Origin: Podarcis cretensis
Taxonomy: Eukaryota
Length of the DNA: 64,000 nt
Direction of reading: 5' to 3'
NCBI GenBank assembly: GCA_951804945.1
Contig: OX638149.1
Location: 109,554,001 to 109,618,000, forward strand
Shown here: in pieces, positions 21,911 to 35,903 of the stretch
Numbering within the stretch: the stretch's first letter is position 1
Layout: each line of letters starts with the position of its first letter
Translations under genes and position numbers: made by a program
Notes under the pieces: model-generated
The model's database searches: none
Told to the model about the DNA's origin: nothing
What the model saw: only the letters and a program-made list of their open reading frames with translations

Positions 21911-23107
21911 GTAATCCAAAACATCCGGAGAGCATCAGGCAGTGGAAGGCTGCTTTAATGTTACCTTGTAGCTACCACAGGCTGTGCCTGAGACTATGGC
22001 AGGAAGTGTAATCTTCAGAGTCGATCTGTTTGTGCGCTCTGAAGTTTTAACGTAGTGTTTCCACATACAAATTTACAAAAAAAACCAACTAAAACTAAGT
22101 ATGCGTGTATTTTTTTACCAGCTGGTCTAGTCTCCTTGAGTCTGTTTGCACAAGAATTTCCTGACCTGCTTCACACTATCCAGGAGGCCTGACCTCCTTT
22201 CTTATAAAACTATTTAGCTATTCCATTTTCAGTTCCAAACTCTCGTTATTTTAGCTAAGCTGCACTATGACAGCATGCTTTTCTTAAACAGATGTTCCTC
22301 TTCCTCCCACACCTATTCCATTGCCATCTTCTGGATTCTCCGTCCATTACGACATTTCCCCCATCCAACTGAAATCTGCCAATTTACCCTAGTTTCTGTG
22401 AAACTTGGCGTTGCAAACATTCTCATGCTGCAGATTATTCCTTGCCCTTTACCTGGGAAGAGCTTTGCTAATGGTGCGTCTCCTGAACTTGGGAGTGAAG
22501 CAATGCCTGCCTCTCTCACAAAGCCAAGAAACAAAGTGAAGGTCAAATGAGAAAGACACACATAGGACTCCAGTAACATAACAAGGTCAGCTGAAGGCAC
22601 ATGTAATTATGAGGAAAGGAATGTGGTGTAGTGGAAAATGGCTTTGATGACCTGCTCTGAGAAGATGCTCATGCTGGGTAGCATACATTATGTGGTGGTC
22701 AGGGGAGATCCCGTAGGCCTCCATGTGGGATCACCTGCAAGAGCTAAGTCAACCACAAATAACCAACCATTCAAAATTATGCTGCAAATTCTATAACATC
22801 TGGGAAAGTGCTATAGTTCAATGGTAGAGCATTTGCTTTGCCTGCAGGGAAGCCTGCAGGGAAGTCAACCCTCGGTACCTTCAGTGCTTTGAAGCATTAG
22901 CCATGTCCCTCCAAATGGTGATACTAACCTCAGCCCAGATTTGTCACTAAGTCTGCTGCTATTTGTATAGCTCCACCCAAATGGCCTCTAAAGGCAGCAG
23001 TGTCTGTTAAAGGTTAGTTCCTGTAACATGAGAACTGAGAGTTTCTTAGTAATAGTAGGAGTATGGCACAGCAAAGGTTAATTTACCTTGTCCCATCAAA
23101 CTGTGTA

Positions 23108-23349
23108 CAGTGGTACCTCGGGTTAAGTACTTAATTCGTTCCGGAGGTCCGTTCTTAACCTGAAACTGTTCTTAACCTGAAGCACCACTTTAGCTAATGG
23201 GGCCTCCCGCTGCCGCCACGCTGCCGAAGCACAATTTCTGTTCTCATCCTGAAGCAAAGTTCTTAACCTGAAACACTATTTCTGGGTTAGTGGAGTCTGT
23301 AACCTGAAGCGTATGTGACCTGAAGTGTATGTAACCTGAGGTACCACTG
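23108..23349. mobile_element. Tigger-like MITE, copy A
   Basis: TA|cagtggtacctcgggtta ... taacctgaggtaccactg; same family and orientation as 47565-47795. Confidence 0.9.
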
Positions 23350-25068
23350 TCTGCTGGTCAGAGTCAGGCTGCTCAAAAGTGGCTGGTTGCTAAGTCAGCC
23401 CAGTTACCTAAACAACAGGTGTTTGCAGTAACATGGGAAAAGGAAGTATATTATCTTTCTCTTTTTTTGCACTGGGGGCATCCTGGGAAATTCTACATTG
23501 AAACCCCATTTTGAAGAATGTGTGGCTACCACCCACATCAGAGGGGAGAGGGAGAGGGAGAGAGAACCAAAACATGGGATATATAGTCTGAAGGTACATG
23601 AGGTCACGACCTTGCTGAAGTTCAGCCGGTGTGAGGATGGCCATTGCCTGGATGAACAATCACCAGGGAATCACATGTATGAAGCCTTGGGCTCCATGAT
23701 GAAACAAAGATAGGATATAAATGTAAGAAAAATAAATAAATATGAATACCCTACCTTTGATTTCTTTCTTCACCTGAATTCTGCCGTGCATGCTACTATG
23801 TCTATTCTTTCTTATAGGATACCATTTTACTATCCCCCAGAACGTCAAAGAAAAGCACTATTTATTGTATAGTAAATTTCCTCTCTCACTCTGTTATTGT
23901 CTTCTGTCTTTCTGGTCATATTAATTTAGTCCTATCCAGCAATAATCTGCTACTCCCTGGCAGAGGCTGATAGTAAAAGGGTGTCAACTCTTGGCTTCAA
24001 AAGAGCCCATAGTAAGAAGTGCAATCAATTATCATGAGCTAACAGCTTTCCATCAGATGGGTTGGGAGTCTCACAGCAGCAAATGAATAAATTAAGCTGC
24101 ATTAGGAGAACACCTCATGGACCTTTTTTGTTTCCTTGCTATTTTTTTTGCACTAGAAAGGCGCAAGTTAATTTAGACAGGAAGAGGGGGATCTAAAATT
24201 ATCATCTTCATTTGGTATTTGGGTATCAGGTTTTCTCATCGAGGTTCATTCACCTTCAGCGCTATTGAACAAGCTTGCAAAGCCACAGGAACAAGGGGAC
24301 TAATTAAAAATAGAAGCCTTATTTGTTCCCCTCCCTGCACACCTTATCTAGAACTATTTACAGCTGTTGGGAGGACCTGTGCCCGAAGCTTCAGAGCAAT
24401 CCTTGTAAAGCAGCAGAATGCTACAATACTCAGAGCAGCAATGGCCTATATTCAGGGTCTTCAGTGTCCAGACTCACATGGTTTTCCAGAAAATGGCATG
24501 ATGCTTGACTACAAACACAGTAGTTGGATCACTGGAGTCAACAGCACCCTTAATCTCTCTGCCCATACTCAGGACTGGGGCTGTGTAATACAAATTCAGA
24601 GAGCTACCTTCCCTTGTCAGAGTTACAGTATTCTCAGTGCTTCTCCTATTATATGCAAACCTCTATAATGTAAAGAAAATGCTGCTGTGATTACAGAAAT
24701 ACTACTTGCTCAGTTCACAAGTTTCATGTGCCCTCATGAATGCATTCTGGGAATGATGATTTGGATGTTCAAGTAAAGGTGTGTGAATTTGTATTGGGTC
24801 TACAAGCCCACTAGCCCACAGGGGAAGGACTCAAGGGAAAGGTAAGAAAGAAGAGATGCTTCTGCATTCCTGAAATTTCTTCCTCGGCCCCCCAAGGGCC
24901 TGAACAGCACAGAGTGTCCTTCTTCAGGGCTCGAGACAGTATGTAACAGGGTTATTGTAGTGCTGTTCACACTCCTTTTAGAGGTGGTGTTATGCAGGTG
25001 CCACTTGCCTAATCTAGTTACAGGAATCATTAGATTGTAACATTTTCAGAAGAATACTTAAGACCTAC

Positions 25069-25148
25069 CTGAAACTCCTGGGGGTGTTTTAATAAATTTC
25101 CCATTAAAATGAGCAATTACTGCTTCACATTTTTCTGTCGATTCCATC
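25069..25148 (-). CDS. RBMS1: RBMS1 exon 6 (80 nt): [26 protein letters not shown](A)
   Basis: Acceptor ttttacacag|G, donor CAG|gtaggt. Confidence 0.96.
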
Positions 25149-26701
25149 CTGTGTAAAAGACAAAAAAAAAAAAAGAGATAACTGTGTAATATTGATTTGC
25201 ACATGTTTTGCTTTCTTATTAGGTCACAATGACAAAGCCTCCAGCCCAGTCCTGTCGTAATGACAAAACAAGGCTTGGGCAGTATGTGGATAAACATGAC
25301 TTGTGCACTCCCTTCATCCCTTTGTGCGCTGTGATGTCTTTTCTCATGGTTTGCTGGCCATTGTTTGTCAGCAGGTGCAAAGTGGGTCAACTGCAGTTTT
25401 CTGACAAAAAGGGAGGCAGTGAATCTTAGTAGATGAACCCAAGATAAATCCTGTAGTGCCAAACCAGGGGGAGAGGCCATAGCTCAGTGATATAACGCAT
25501 GCTTTGAATGTAGTGTGTTCCTGGTTCACTTCCCAGAATTTATGGCTGGAAAATCTCCTTGAGAGATGCTATTGGTCAATATTGAGATGGATGGACCAGT
25601 GATCTGACTCATTATAAAGAAGCTTCCTAAGGTATGGAATTATGTCTGTGTCCATATCTGTCTATCTCACTGTCTCTCCCCGGCTCCTTCTACAAGCTCT
25701 ATGCAGTGCTTGCACATTTTTGTATGTGTGTGAGAAGGATGCTTTAACTGTGTGTTTTGAAAAAATAAATTTGGGGTAAGATTTATGCTTCCCCCCAATC
25801 ATCGTTCCACTATTAAAGACTGAAAGTAAACATTCAAATGGCAGTGTTTTTCTCATTGCACATTGGAACTATCTAAAAAGGAAAGTCAACTTGTCTTGGG
25901 TATGAACACAGTTTTCCTTATTTAGTTTAACAGGTTTCTTGTGTGTAATTACTAATCAAATTCAACTTTGTATATTACCTTTGTATGGATATGGCAATAC
26001 TGGGTAATTATTTCTGAGTACTCATTGTGTAAGAACACTTAAAATAACTGAGCCAATTAAAAACATGCAACGAATAAGGCAGCAATATTAAGGATTGGAA
26101 TAGAAGGCAACTAACAACTTGTTTGATTTCAGTTTAATATTGTCTAATAAGTCAATATTGCCCTTGTGTCAGTTGTGTCCCATCTTTTAACTGCAAGAGA
26201 GCAATAAAATTCTAATTGCACCTTAAAGCAAATGTGGTGTGAAAACCCTTTTTTCTTCAAAAGTCGAGTCCCCACAACCATTCCTCTAAGACCAGCCTTT
26301 CCAAACCTGGTGCCCTTCAGCAGTTTTGGACTATAATTCCCATCAGCCCCAGCTGCCATGCTGATTTAGAGTATAACATCTTATGTTCTTTAACCACACC
26401 CACCTTTAAACACACACTTTTGTCTTTTATGGCTGGTACATTAATAATAAGCTGTTAATGCCAATATTTGACATTTGCACAATTCTCTATTACAGTACTA
26501 ATAGGTGCATGCCCTGCATCCTTGAATATTATTTGACCCGTTAATATTTTGGTTAAATGAACAGTCCTACCATCTTTGTTTTGAGTTTCTTGTCATGGTA
26601 AGATACTGTTTTCCATTGCTAAGCACCTTCATTTTACTTTAACTATAATTGTTCTGAAGATGCTATTCATGAAGCAATATAAAAGACAGCTACCATCGTA
26701 C

Positions 26702-26859
26702 CTTGCAAAGCCAACCCCACGACTTGTGCCATTGGAATCACGAAGTATTCTTGTAGAGATAACTTGCCCAAAAGGTTTCAGCATATTCTCCAGCTCTTGT
26801 TCATCCATTGAAAGTGGCAAATTGGAAATATATAGATTAGTTGGATCCTGCTCTTGTTG
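26702..26859 (-). CDS. RBMS1: RBMS1 exon 5 (158 nt): [52 protein letters not shown](R)
   Basis: Acceptor ttttttttcag|CAA, donor AG|gtacga; encodes RRM2. Confidence 0.97.
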
Positions 26860-29800
26860 CTGAAAAAAAAGCAATAAAAATAATAATATTACTTTTCAGA
26901 AGAATATTGGAAATTTTGAACATAAAATTGTACCCATGAGACTTACTTTGCTGTGAAAGTCTCCACAATAAAGTGGTACCAACAGCAGTCAAAGCTAAAT
27001 GTGTAATTTTGAAGTCACTGAATAGCAGTCTCTCAAGACTTCCCTAGGAGATCAATGAAACTAGAGAAACAGCTGTGGCCAAAATATATGATTACATCTA
27101 TTCATCGTTACTACCATTCACAGAATAAGCTCTTCCTTCTTCTGACAACATAAGCCATTATCATCTCTAGAATTACATTCATGGGAAAATAAATAGATAA
27201 AAAGGAATGTATTTGCTGCACAATGGAAGGGCTTTTGCCATGCTGGAACCTGCATCCCTGAAAAAACTGTCCCAATTTTAATCAGTTAGCTAAGACGATT
27301 CACATGAAAGTCTACAACAGATCACAAGGCCTATTTCAAAAGTTCTGCAGAATAAAGTGGCTTTGCTCAGAGTTGGTCAAAAAACCATGGCTCGGGTTCA
27401 AATATTCTGATGTGCAAGTAGGAGACCCTTCTGCCCATAGGTTTTCTGTTGCCAATTTCCCCTCTAGAAATCCACCTCAGGACTCCTATTCAACCCCCTG
27501 AAGCTAGCGAGGACAGTTGTAGACAGAAAGGGAATCTGTATGTTTGCACGGGAGTATTTGGCTCTAACTATCTTGTTTGAGTGAGCTTGAGATAAAATAG
27601 AGCATGTATGATCAGGAGCTCTTTTTCTGTCTCCTGAAGCAGCCTTCCATATTTATATACACTATCTCATTCTCTCTTTGACAGGGAAGACTAAGAAGTC
27701 GTTGGCTCTATCTTAACATTATATAAAGATGCAGATTATGAATAAACAGATGACATCAGAATAGTACAAACACCCCAAGGCGTTCATACAAAGCAGTAAC
27801 AAATTTAAAGTGAGGGCAACTTCCATGCACGATCAGGCTCTGAGAATCCATTTAGCAAAGACTCACGAGAAGCACATGCTTCTCAAAGGCGAGACAATGA
27901 AACTGAATATACAATACAAAATTATTCAGAAAGCATATGTGTCCCCTGTAGCAGGTTCTATCTAGTAAAAAGAAAGAAAGAATAATACAGCAACGCTTTT
28001 AGGTAGAGGATGCTTTTCGGCCTGTCCAAAAAATACATCAGGCAGCAACACAGTAGTGGGCTTCTCAATGATGGCACCCACTTTATGCAGTACAAAAGGC
28101 ACCAACAGTGATTTGTCTCGGTTACCTTTTAAATACCTATATTTTTTGGGGGGATAAGCATTCCCAGATAATTGATACCAGCTTTTATTTCACCTTCCAC
28201 ACTGCATGGTGGATGTTTTATGATATTTTATAAATTTATAAAGATATTTGTCCTGTTGCTGTTTCTGTAAAGATTTTTGAGATTACGTATCAAAATGTGC
28301 TGCTATGTTTCTGTTTCGAAGGGATTGCATTGTTTTATTGCATTTATTATTGTTATGTTTAATACCGCACCACACTGAATAATAAATACAAGAAGTAAAC
28401 TGGTCCTTGCAAAAGAAGAACTCCTGTGTTGGGCTTCCGCTAACGAAAAGGGAGGGAAAGGTAACTTAGAACTAAAAGCTTTCGAGTCTGCTGAATTCAC
28501 TTATTTGCTTCTCCTCAAGCATATCAAAACAAGGCTGATTTTAAGTTAGCGTTCTTCTGTATGTATGCATGTTATTCTTCCTTAGGCACTCAAGGGATTA
28601 AGTATCTAATAAGCATAAAGCTATGTTCAGCATTTATTAAGAAATGGGGGTAGCCAGCTGTGAGCATCAACTTGAGCAGGGCAGGAGTGGCAGATGGGGG
28701 TGGGGTGTTGGATAGAAGAGTAGTAAGTGGAGGTCCTGCATGGTGTAAAACTCCCAGTCATCATCTGAAACTAATTAACAAAAACTCCCTGTGTGTAGAA
28801 CTGTTCCTAACATGCAAGGGGGGGGGGAAGCCCCAACAACTTGGCAGCATGATAAAACATCTGTTTTCTCTTCCATTGCAAAGGGTCACGGCTAACAGAC
28901 AGCCATTCAGAAAACATGTGACTGTATGGAAGACCCTTTTGGGATTCGATCCTAGCTGGCCTGCCTTCCCATGGAAGCAGTGCTCATGTGTATCACTGAA
29001 GATGCACCCACAGTTAAATGTAAAACTATTCAAGCTTCAGCTGCAGTGCTGTCAGTTACTGCTCTGACCCATTCAGCAAATGGGTTGAACTAGGCATCCA
29101 TATATGGCTTTATTTCTGGTCTGGAACAGCCACAAAAATGCATCAGTAAAAAAGAACTCCCAAGTCTACATTAGTCAGCTAATTATCAGGGTCCTCTCTC
29201 TAAAAATAAAATAAAGTAAATTAGCATGGTTATTGTTTTTGTTCATTGATCTCAAGGAACTATTTAAAGGTACTTTGTTACAATGAATGCTGTTGTAATG
29301 CTAACAGCACGGTTAATTGTTTAATCATATGGTTTTTGTCTTCACGCACATCCTGTTTTTCCTTTTAAAAAGTACATGAAGCATGAAGTTGAAATAATTG
29401 TGCTCCAAGACCGCTTAGAACACAGAGCTCACCCTTGAAATCACAATCTCTATAATTAGAAGTCCCCCTCCCGAACAAGTTGAAATACTAAGCCTCTTAA
29501 AAAAAAATAAAAATGGTTGTATTTATTTAGTTTGGAATGGTGCCTCATGTTGCCTATATTGTGCAATAGGTGCACAAAATAGGGGAAAAGATCAGAGGCA
29601 GAAAACATCATAATTGCAACAAAATTCATATGTTGTAGAAATTTTTATGGATGAATTGCAGCCACTGTGGATATACCTCCATTTGAGGTCTGTGGCTGAA
29701 TCCTTCATTCATGTTCCCAAATTTGTAGAGCCAAGTTGTAATATAAAGCTGGGCCTTTTTTCTAGTTATCATGGAGTCTACATTATGTAATTCTCTGTCT

Positions 29801-30782
29801 GGGAACAGTGGCTATGTAGCCTCCTCTCATAGCTTCTGCTGATATATTGTCATGCTTAGAATAAAGCAATTGAAATTGATGGGTCTTATATTAGCCACAA
29901 CTAACTTACTGATTTCAGTAGGTCTACTGTAAGCAAGGCTGGATCCGATCCAATCTGGCTGCTGTCATATAGGTGTCCCCCTCCTCCCACTTAATATTTT
30001 AAAAATTAACCGTTGCTTTAACAACTTTTGTTATGTTTTAATATACTTACAAGCAGCTTTGCATTTTCTTTGCTCTGCAGAAAGGCTGTGACCCCCCCCC
30101 CGGAAGTTCCAGAAGATTAGTGGGGCTTATTGCAGATTTCCTTAAAAGACCATGTTAGTAGAAGCTCTCAGTATGCTGGGAGCACCAAAACAATATCCCA
30201 ACACATGGGGACCACCATATGTATTTATCTAGCTCTCTTTGAAAGCTGGAGAGAGAGACAGGGAACACAGATCCATTATGTTCCATGGGGATCACTTCCC
30301 AGTAAGTGGATATAGAACTGCAGCTTTAAACTAGTTAGAGAAAGGGGGAATTAAAACCAAAAACAAGAAACACACCTTGCATTATCTAGTCAAATATAAA
30401 AAATGCCAACAGAAGCAAAGTTAACATTGTATGGCAACATTTTCAGTAGGCATGATTAATAATCCTTTCTGGTTCATAGAACTTGATTACATTGCAATGG
30501 CAGGGGAGAAAGTGCCATGTATATCATGGTTCAGTATGTTACTTGCTTCCCAACAAGGGATATATATAGGTAGTGAAGTGAAATGATGCTCATGTAACTC
30601 TTTCAAAAAATTGCCACCTGAGGAAAGATTGTGCCCCCATCCCCCAAATGATCTAAGTATTGCCGGAGGAAACGTGTGTAGCAACCCACAATAATATGGT
30701 AGTCTTCGGCACATTAGTGCAATTAAGACCAAATTATTCCTCAGCTTCCAACTCAGTGCTGACAATCACAATCTAGTACCTG

Positions 30783-30823
30783 ATTCATTCATTCATTCAT
30801 TCATTCATTCATTCATTCATTCA
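30783..30823. repeat. (ATTC)10 microsatellite
   Basis: Direct reading. Confidence 0.95.
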
Positions 30824-31740
30824 CTGCATTCACATATGCCTTTCTGTGTGGGCACCCAAGGGAGCTTAAGATACTAAAGGACTAAAACAAAGTTAGCCCG
30901 ATGGGAGGGGACAGTCCCACTGGAGCCGGCCCTAATGTTGTCTATGCCTGACTCCATAGCCTCTTCTTCCTCCTCACAGGGCAGATAGTGCCGGAAGAGA
31001 AGTCTTAACCTCATAGAGCTTAGCACAAGATTCCTCGATTCAATTCCATCACGGAACTTTCAGCACTGCTACTAGAAAGCTTCACTGAAACAGAAAAATA
31101 GTGTGCCATTCATACTGGTCTTAAATCTATGTATGAACACAAAAGACAGTATCTACTTCCTGATTATAGTGGCATTCAAACAAGACAAACAGCATGGCTG
31201 AAAGGGCCTTTATTTTTCACCAGACTATGGTACAAGAACATAGCTGAGCAAATCTGAAATAGCGTTTCTTTTCAATTCATGAGAATGGAGACATTCCTAA
31301 GTGCCTTTTGGATAAGAGGACAACCCTTTGTATGAAGATGTTCAGGGCTTTGTTAAGAAAGCAATGCAATGAGACCTTTTAGAAGCTCCACGTGTATTCC
31401 ACTAACCTTATCTGAGAGGACCACAAAAAGCCAAAAGCATTCATGGGGGAAAAATAAAAATAAATACTTTTCATTTTGTAAGAGGAACTCTTAATTAATT
31501 AAATCAATGGGCATATACTGTAGGCATGTATAGGTGTTCAGACCTCATTTTAACATTGCATTGAGCTCATAGAAATTAGGTGGAGGAGGCAAACTAACAC
31601 AATCAACTTAAGAAGTACACTTGAGTTCACGTAATCCAAGAGACCAAGCAGTGGTCCAGAGTAAGTATGTTGTAAGAGACATCTCACTCTACTGTCTATG
31701 GTGATGTTCTGGTATTTAAGTAAATATAATTGTGTGTGTA

Positions 31741-32270
31741 TGTCATGATATTAGAGTAATTAAGGTAAATGTGTAGGTAATTATGGTATTTAAATTAAGG
31801 TATGTGTTAGGCTGGGAGAAGGAGAGAGTTCTTGGAATGCTGGAAGTGAGTGGTGACTGAATAAGAGTTTGAGAGGGAGCCTCAACACTGGTGTGAGCCT
31901 GTTCAGAGAATAAGTTGAGTTTCGGACTGGGTGGTAGTTGGAGTGAGAACTGGAGGTGTTTAGAGTGTGTTTGGGTGGTGGTAGCAAGGGTTGGCATAAT
32001 AGAAGGGAATAAAACATAACAGAAACCATACCCTTCTGTGCACTAAGTGATCACATAACTTCTGTTTTAATAAAATTACTGTATTGCACCACATGCCACT
32101 TATTTGGCTACATTACAGATGGGAAGGATGCAGGTACATCGTATGTGGGGTGGCAGTAAGATTAAAGGGAGTTTACAGAAAGCCATTAGAAGCCCAGCTC
32201 AGAGCTGTACCTTTTGCAAAGAGTGAGAAGGTGGTAGAGGGGAGTAAGAAGATTAGTCCGTCAGGTGACA
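31741..32270 (+). mobile_element. Probable solo LTR (Gypsy/ERV-type), 530 bp
   Basis: Termini TGTCA...TGACA, strong G/purine strand bias, internal AATAAA near 32068; no intact TSD seen. Confidence 0.4.
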
Positions 32271-35200
32271 AAAGCAACATAAGAAGAGGACAGAAAATAA
32301 CCATAAATGAAACTGCTAAGGGTCTCATAAGCAATTTATTTATAAAAGCAAACATACTATATATTTTAAGATGATTACACAACACACCCAGATATCAAGA
32401 CACAGCATCAATAGCCCTTATTAAAAATAGGAAATGTTTTGTGGAAGAGCAAACACATTAAGATGTCATCTCCTGAAGCCTTTCATTTATATAACAATGT
32501 TGTCAGCTGCCTAACTTTATAGCGCTAACCCCTTTAACCAGCCAACATAACGGTAAATAACGGTCCCTTGCATTACACAAAAAATTAAGCTTACCTATGG
32601 GCTAAAACTACATTTCCTTCTTGATGCAGGTTAGTAAACATAGTGCTCAGTCTACAGCAAACTAGATGTACAGGTTCTAGGCTAGTGTTCTCTGTGACAT
32701 GTTAGCTTTCTGTGTGAGATTTTCAAAATAAGCAAGCAAAGGAACATTGAAGCTTGTAAGCTTCTGCCTGCAATGGTTCAAACCATACACAGGTTTATCC
32801 TCTCCATCAGACTAGGTCCAGGCCACTATATAATCTAGAAAATGTGATCTCTGCATGCCTGAACCAGGATGACATCTCTAGTTAGCCAACTCTGCTATTC
32901 ACGTGTGAAGTACATTTCCCTTTCTCTCCCCTTTGCTGACTGAAACTCTGCTCATTCCAAATACTATGGAATTAGATGCTTATCACTCATCATATGTAAT
33001 AAAGGTGATGAAATTATAGTCACATTGCCTTTTGAGTTTTATAAGTGGACCCCATCAGCACATACACATAGTTCAGAGCACTGTTGCCTTTTCAGATTTC
33101 TATCCTCTTGTATTTCCAACTTCCGTTTGAAATTTAAGAGCATAACCATGAACAAATTGCTGCTTTTAAAAGCATCACCACCCAAATTCACACAAAGAGG
33201 GCTCATTAACATTGGAGACAAATGTGCACTATTTCCAGTTTTTGTTTTGTGTGTTCCTCTCACCCGTCACGTGCCTAGATATTAAATATTATGACACCAC
33301 CATTAACACAGAGACCCACAGAACAGCCATAATGCAAGAAAGTCATCTAGTAAGAGCAAGTGTGCATGCATGTGATAAAATGTGCATTAAGTAATAGACA
33401 TATGGTTTTCATTTTGCTGTCCTGGAACTAATCCAATGACATTTCAGGTTATTAGCTCCACTGTTCCTCAGTGGAGAATTTGGAAAAATATTGCCTAAGC
33501 TGAAAAAAGCCACCCTGGTTTATACATTACTCAAGAAGAAGCAGAACGGACAAGAAAGGTGTGCCAGATTTGTTTCATATTTAATCATTCTGAGGGGCTC
33601 TAACATTATTTAGTCACTTGAATATTTTAGAAAGTACTATGTTTTCAAACTTGGAAGGATAGACTTTAAAGAATGATTGCAATATATGTACGTGCAGAAG
33701 ACCTGCATCACTCATAGTTTACAATAGTTCCCATTATTGACAGCTGCCTGTATTATAACCTGTCACAACTGGACAAAGATAAGGACCCAGACAGCAAAAG
33801 ACTGGAGGATCAAAACATGGGAAATAGTAAATAAAATAAAATTAACTAACCTTGTGGAAAGGTGGGGTATGTCTATAATATATTAGTGCACCAGAGTACA
33901 GGAGTACATACTTTTCAGGATGTTGCAAGTCACTTAAGAAATTATATATATTCTGTTTAGGTAAACAGTATTGTTGGAATAGATTTGCTATTACAATGTG
34001 TTGGCAGCTGATGACCACGCACCCCAGAGAGTTTTGTTGCCTTTATATCCCTATCATTATATCTCTATCATTAATGTATCTCTTTTGTTGTAATTATATT
34101 TTGACTGACTTGTAGTTGGATAACAACAAGAGCAACGACCACACCAATGGCTCCCACTTGCTGGTCTTATGAAAGTTTGACATACAAATAAAGACTATTT
34201 GAACTGCTCTATTCTAACTCTGCAAAGATTCACACTCTTCAGTCATTTTCTACTTCTTTCATTTCATATGCCGTTAATGCAGAGAGGTAAGCACTGAATT
34301 ACCATTGTAAATAGGGGAATATGCTTTAGAGAAATTAAGTGTTTTGCTGCTATAACCAACACAAAATTTTCCAGGAAATGGCAGGGACTTTCTATTTAAT
34401 GAAGTTCAGATTCTGAAGAAAGTTTATTCCCGCCCCCCACTGTTCAGTTCTTTCCACAAGAGTGCTCATTCTCCTAATTTATATGCATTCTGTTGGCAAC
34501 CTTTGGCCTTTATAAAATAGCAACATTTGTAGCATTACTCAGGCTGATTTGAGTTCTATCAGATTACGTTTCTTTTGGTGGCTGAAATGGCTGATTCTAG
34601 ATCAGCAGAACCTGACAAAAATACCACAATTTATTTTTTAGTGAGTGAACCATGCCTGACATTTGGCTTCCTCCATCTCCAAAGCAAGCCATTTTTCTAG
34701 TCCAAGTTCCATGTGCTAGGCCACAGTATGTGATGGCTGGGGTTGCAACTATTTACAAGAATTTGCCACTCACTGGTTTTATTTCCAAGCATCTTCATAT
34801 TGGAGTACTAAATGACCTCAGAACACTGGTTGCCATACTGTAGAGCTTGGTCTTTTGGTTCCTGATTAACTTGCATATTATGCGCATAACCAAGTCAACA
34901 TACCTTTCTTTTAAGGGGAGTAAGAAGGGTGATGGGTAAATAGGCCTTAATGTGGACAATTGCACTCCCCCCCCCCCCAAAACATAAATGCAGCATAAAC
35001 AGCAGAGTTGAAAACTGTTGTGTTCCATCTTTTGAAAACAAGAAACAATGCATGTTTCATTGTCATAAGCTGCTGAGAATATGTGCCTGGTAGTGACATA
35101 ATTTTTGTCTTGATGGTTAGCTTAGTATTACAAGTGGTACAAGTGGTACCTGCTGAGCATTTTGTCTTCATTGGGCTGTTTGGAGATTTCATCTTCCCTT

Positions 35201-35648
35201 ACTTTTCTTCCTAAAGGTTTGTTGTTGCAAACCTTGGAGTTTCCCCTCCTCTACTGATAACCTCCTTTCTCTGCGTTGTTGTGCTGTTTTGGCTACATCA
35301 ATCAACAACACTCATGGCTGGAGACTGGAATTAGAGGGGAAGATTCCAGGCATGCTCTGTAAGGTAGCCAAAAGTGATGACTACTTCCTGAGTAAAGTAT
35401 TTAGTTTCTCTTCAAGGGACAAATTGTCATTGCTATAGATTTATGGTAACAAAATCTAACTACCCCAGGAGTAGTACTGTCAAAAGTCATCCTAGGTGAT
35501 GGTTTAAGACCTTGCCCCATGAGCATGTTTTGTTTTTTTAAATGATGGAGGACTTCAAGTACACATGAGAAGGTCCATTATGAGAAGGCATTGATGAGAA
35601 GACATTGATTTCATGCCAGGAAGGATCCACTATCACCAGAGTGTAGAG

Positions 35649-35780
35649 CAGGGGTGAAGAATATGTGGCTCCCCAGGTGTTGCTGGACTATAACTCTTTT
35701 CTTATCCCCAGCCAATATGGTCAGCAGTGAGGGATGGTGGGAGTTAAAAAGTCCAACAATAACTGGAGGCCACAGGTTTC
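35649..35780. mobile_element. Degenerate palindromic hAT MITE (16230 family), ~30 nt downstream of the exon 4 donor
   Basis: ccaggtgttgctggactataactc ... tgggagttaaaaagtccaacaataactgg. Other remnants at ~12590-12680, 26290-26360, 49020-49120 and 52140-52235. Confidence 0.65.
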
Positions 35781-35811
35781 TGAGGTTACTCTCCAAATGC
35801 ATTTATCTTAC

Positions 35812-35903
35812 CTTTGCCATCTGTGCTTGGACTCCAGTGGCCTTCAGAGCGGATACTGCTTTCTGAGCTGCGGCTGGACTGTCAAAGTCTACAAAACCAT
35901 AAC
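35812..35903 (-). CDS. RBMS1: RBMS1 exon 4 (92 nt): [31 protein letters not shown]
   Basis: Acceptor attccag|GT, donor AAG|gtaaga; contains RNP1 of RRM1. Not in the ORF track; translated by hand. Confidence 0.96.

Noticed and set aside
24219-24668. 149-aa plus-strand ORF and the other non-exonic ORF-track entries
   Set aside because: No recognisable domain or splice context; lengths are within chance expectation for 64 kb over six frames.
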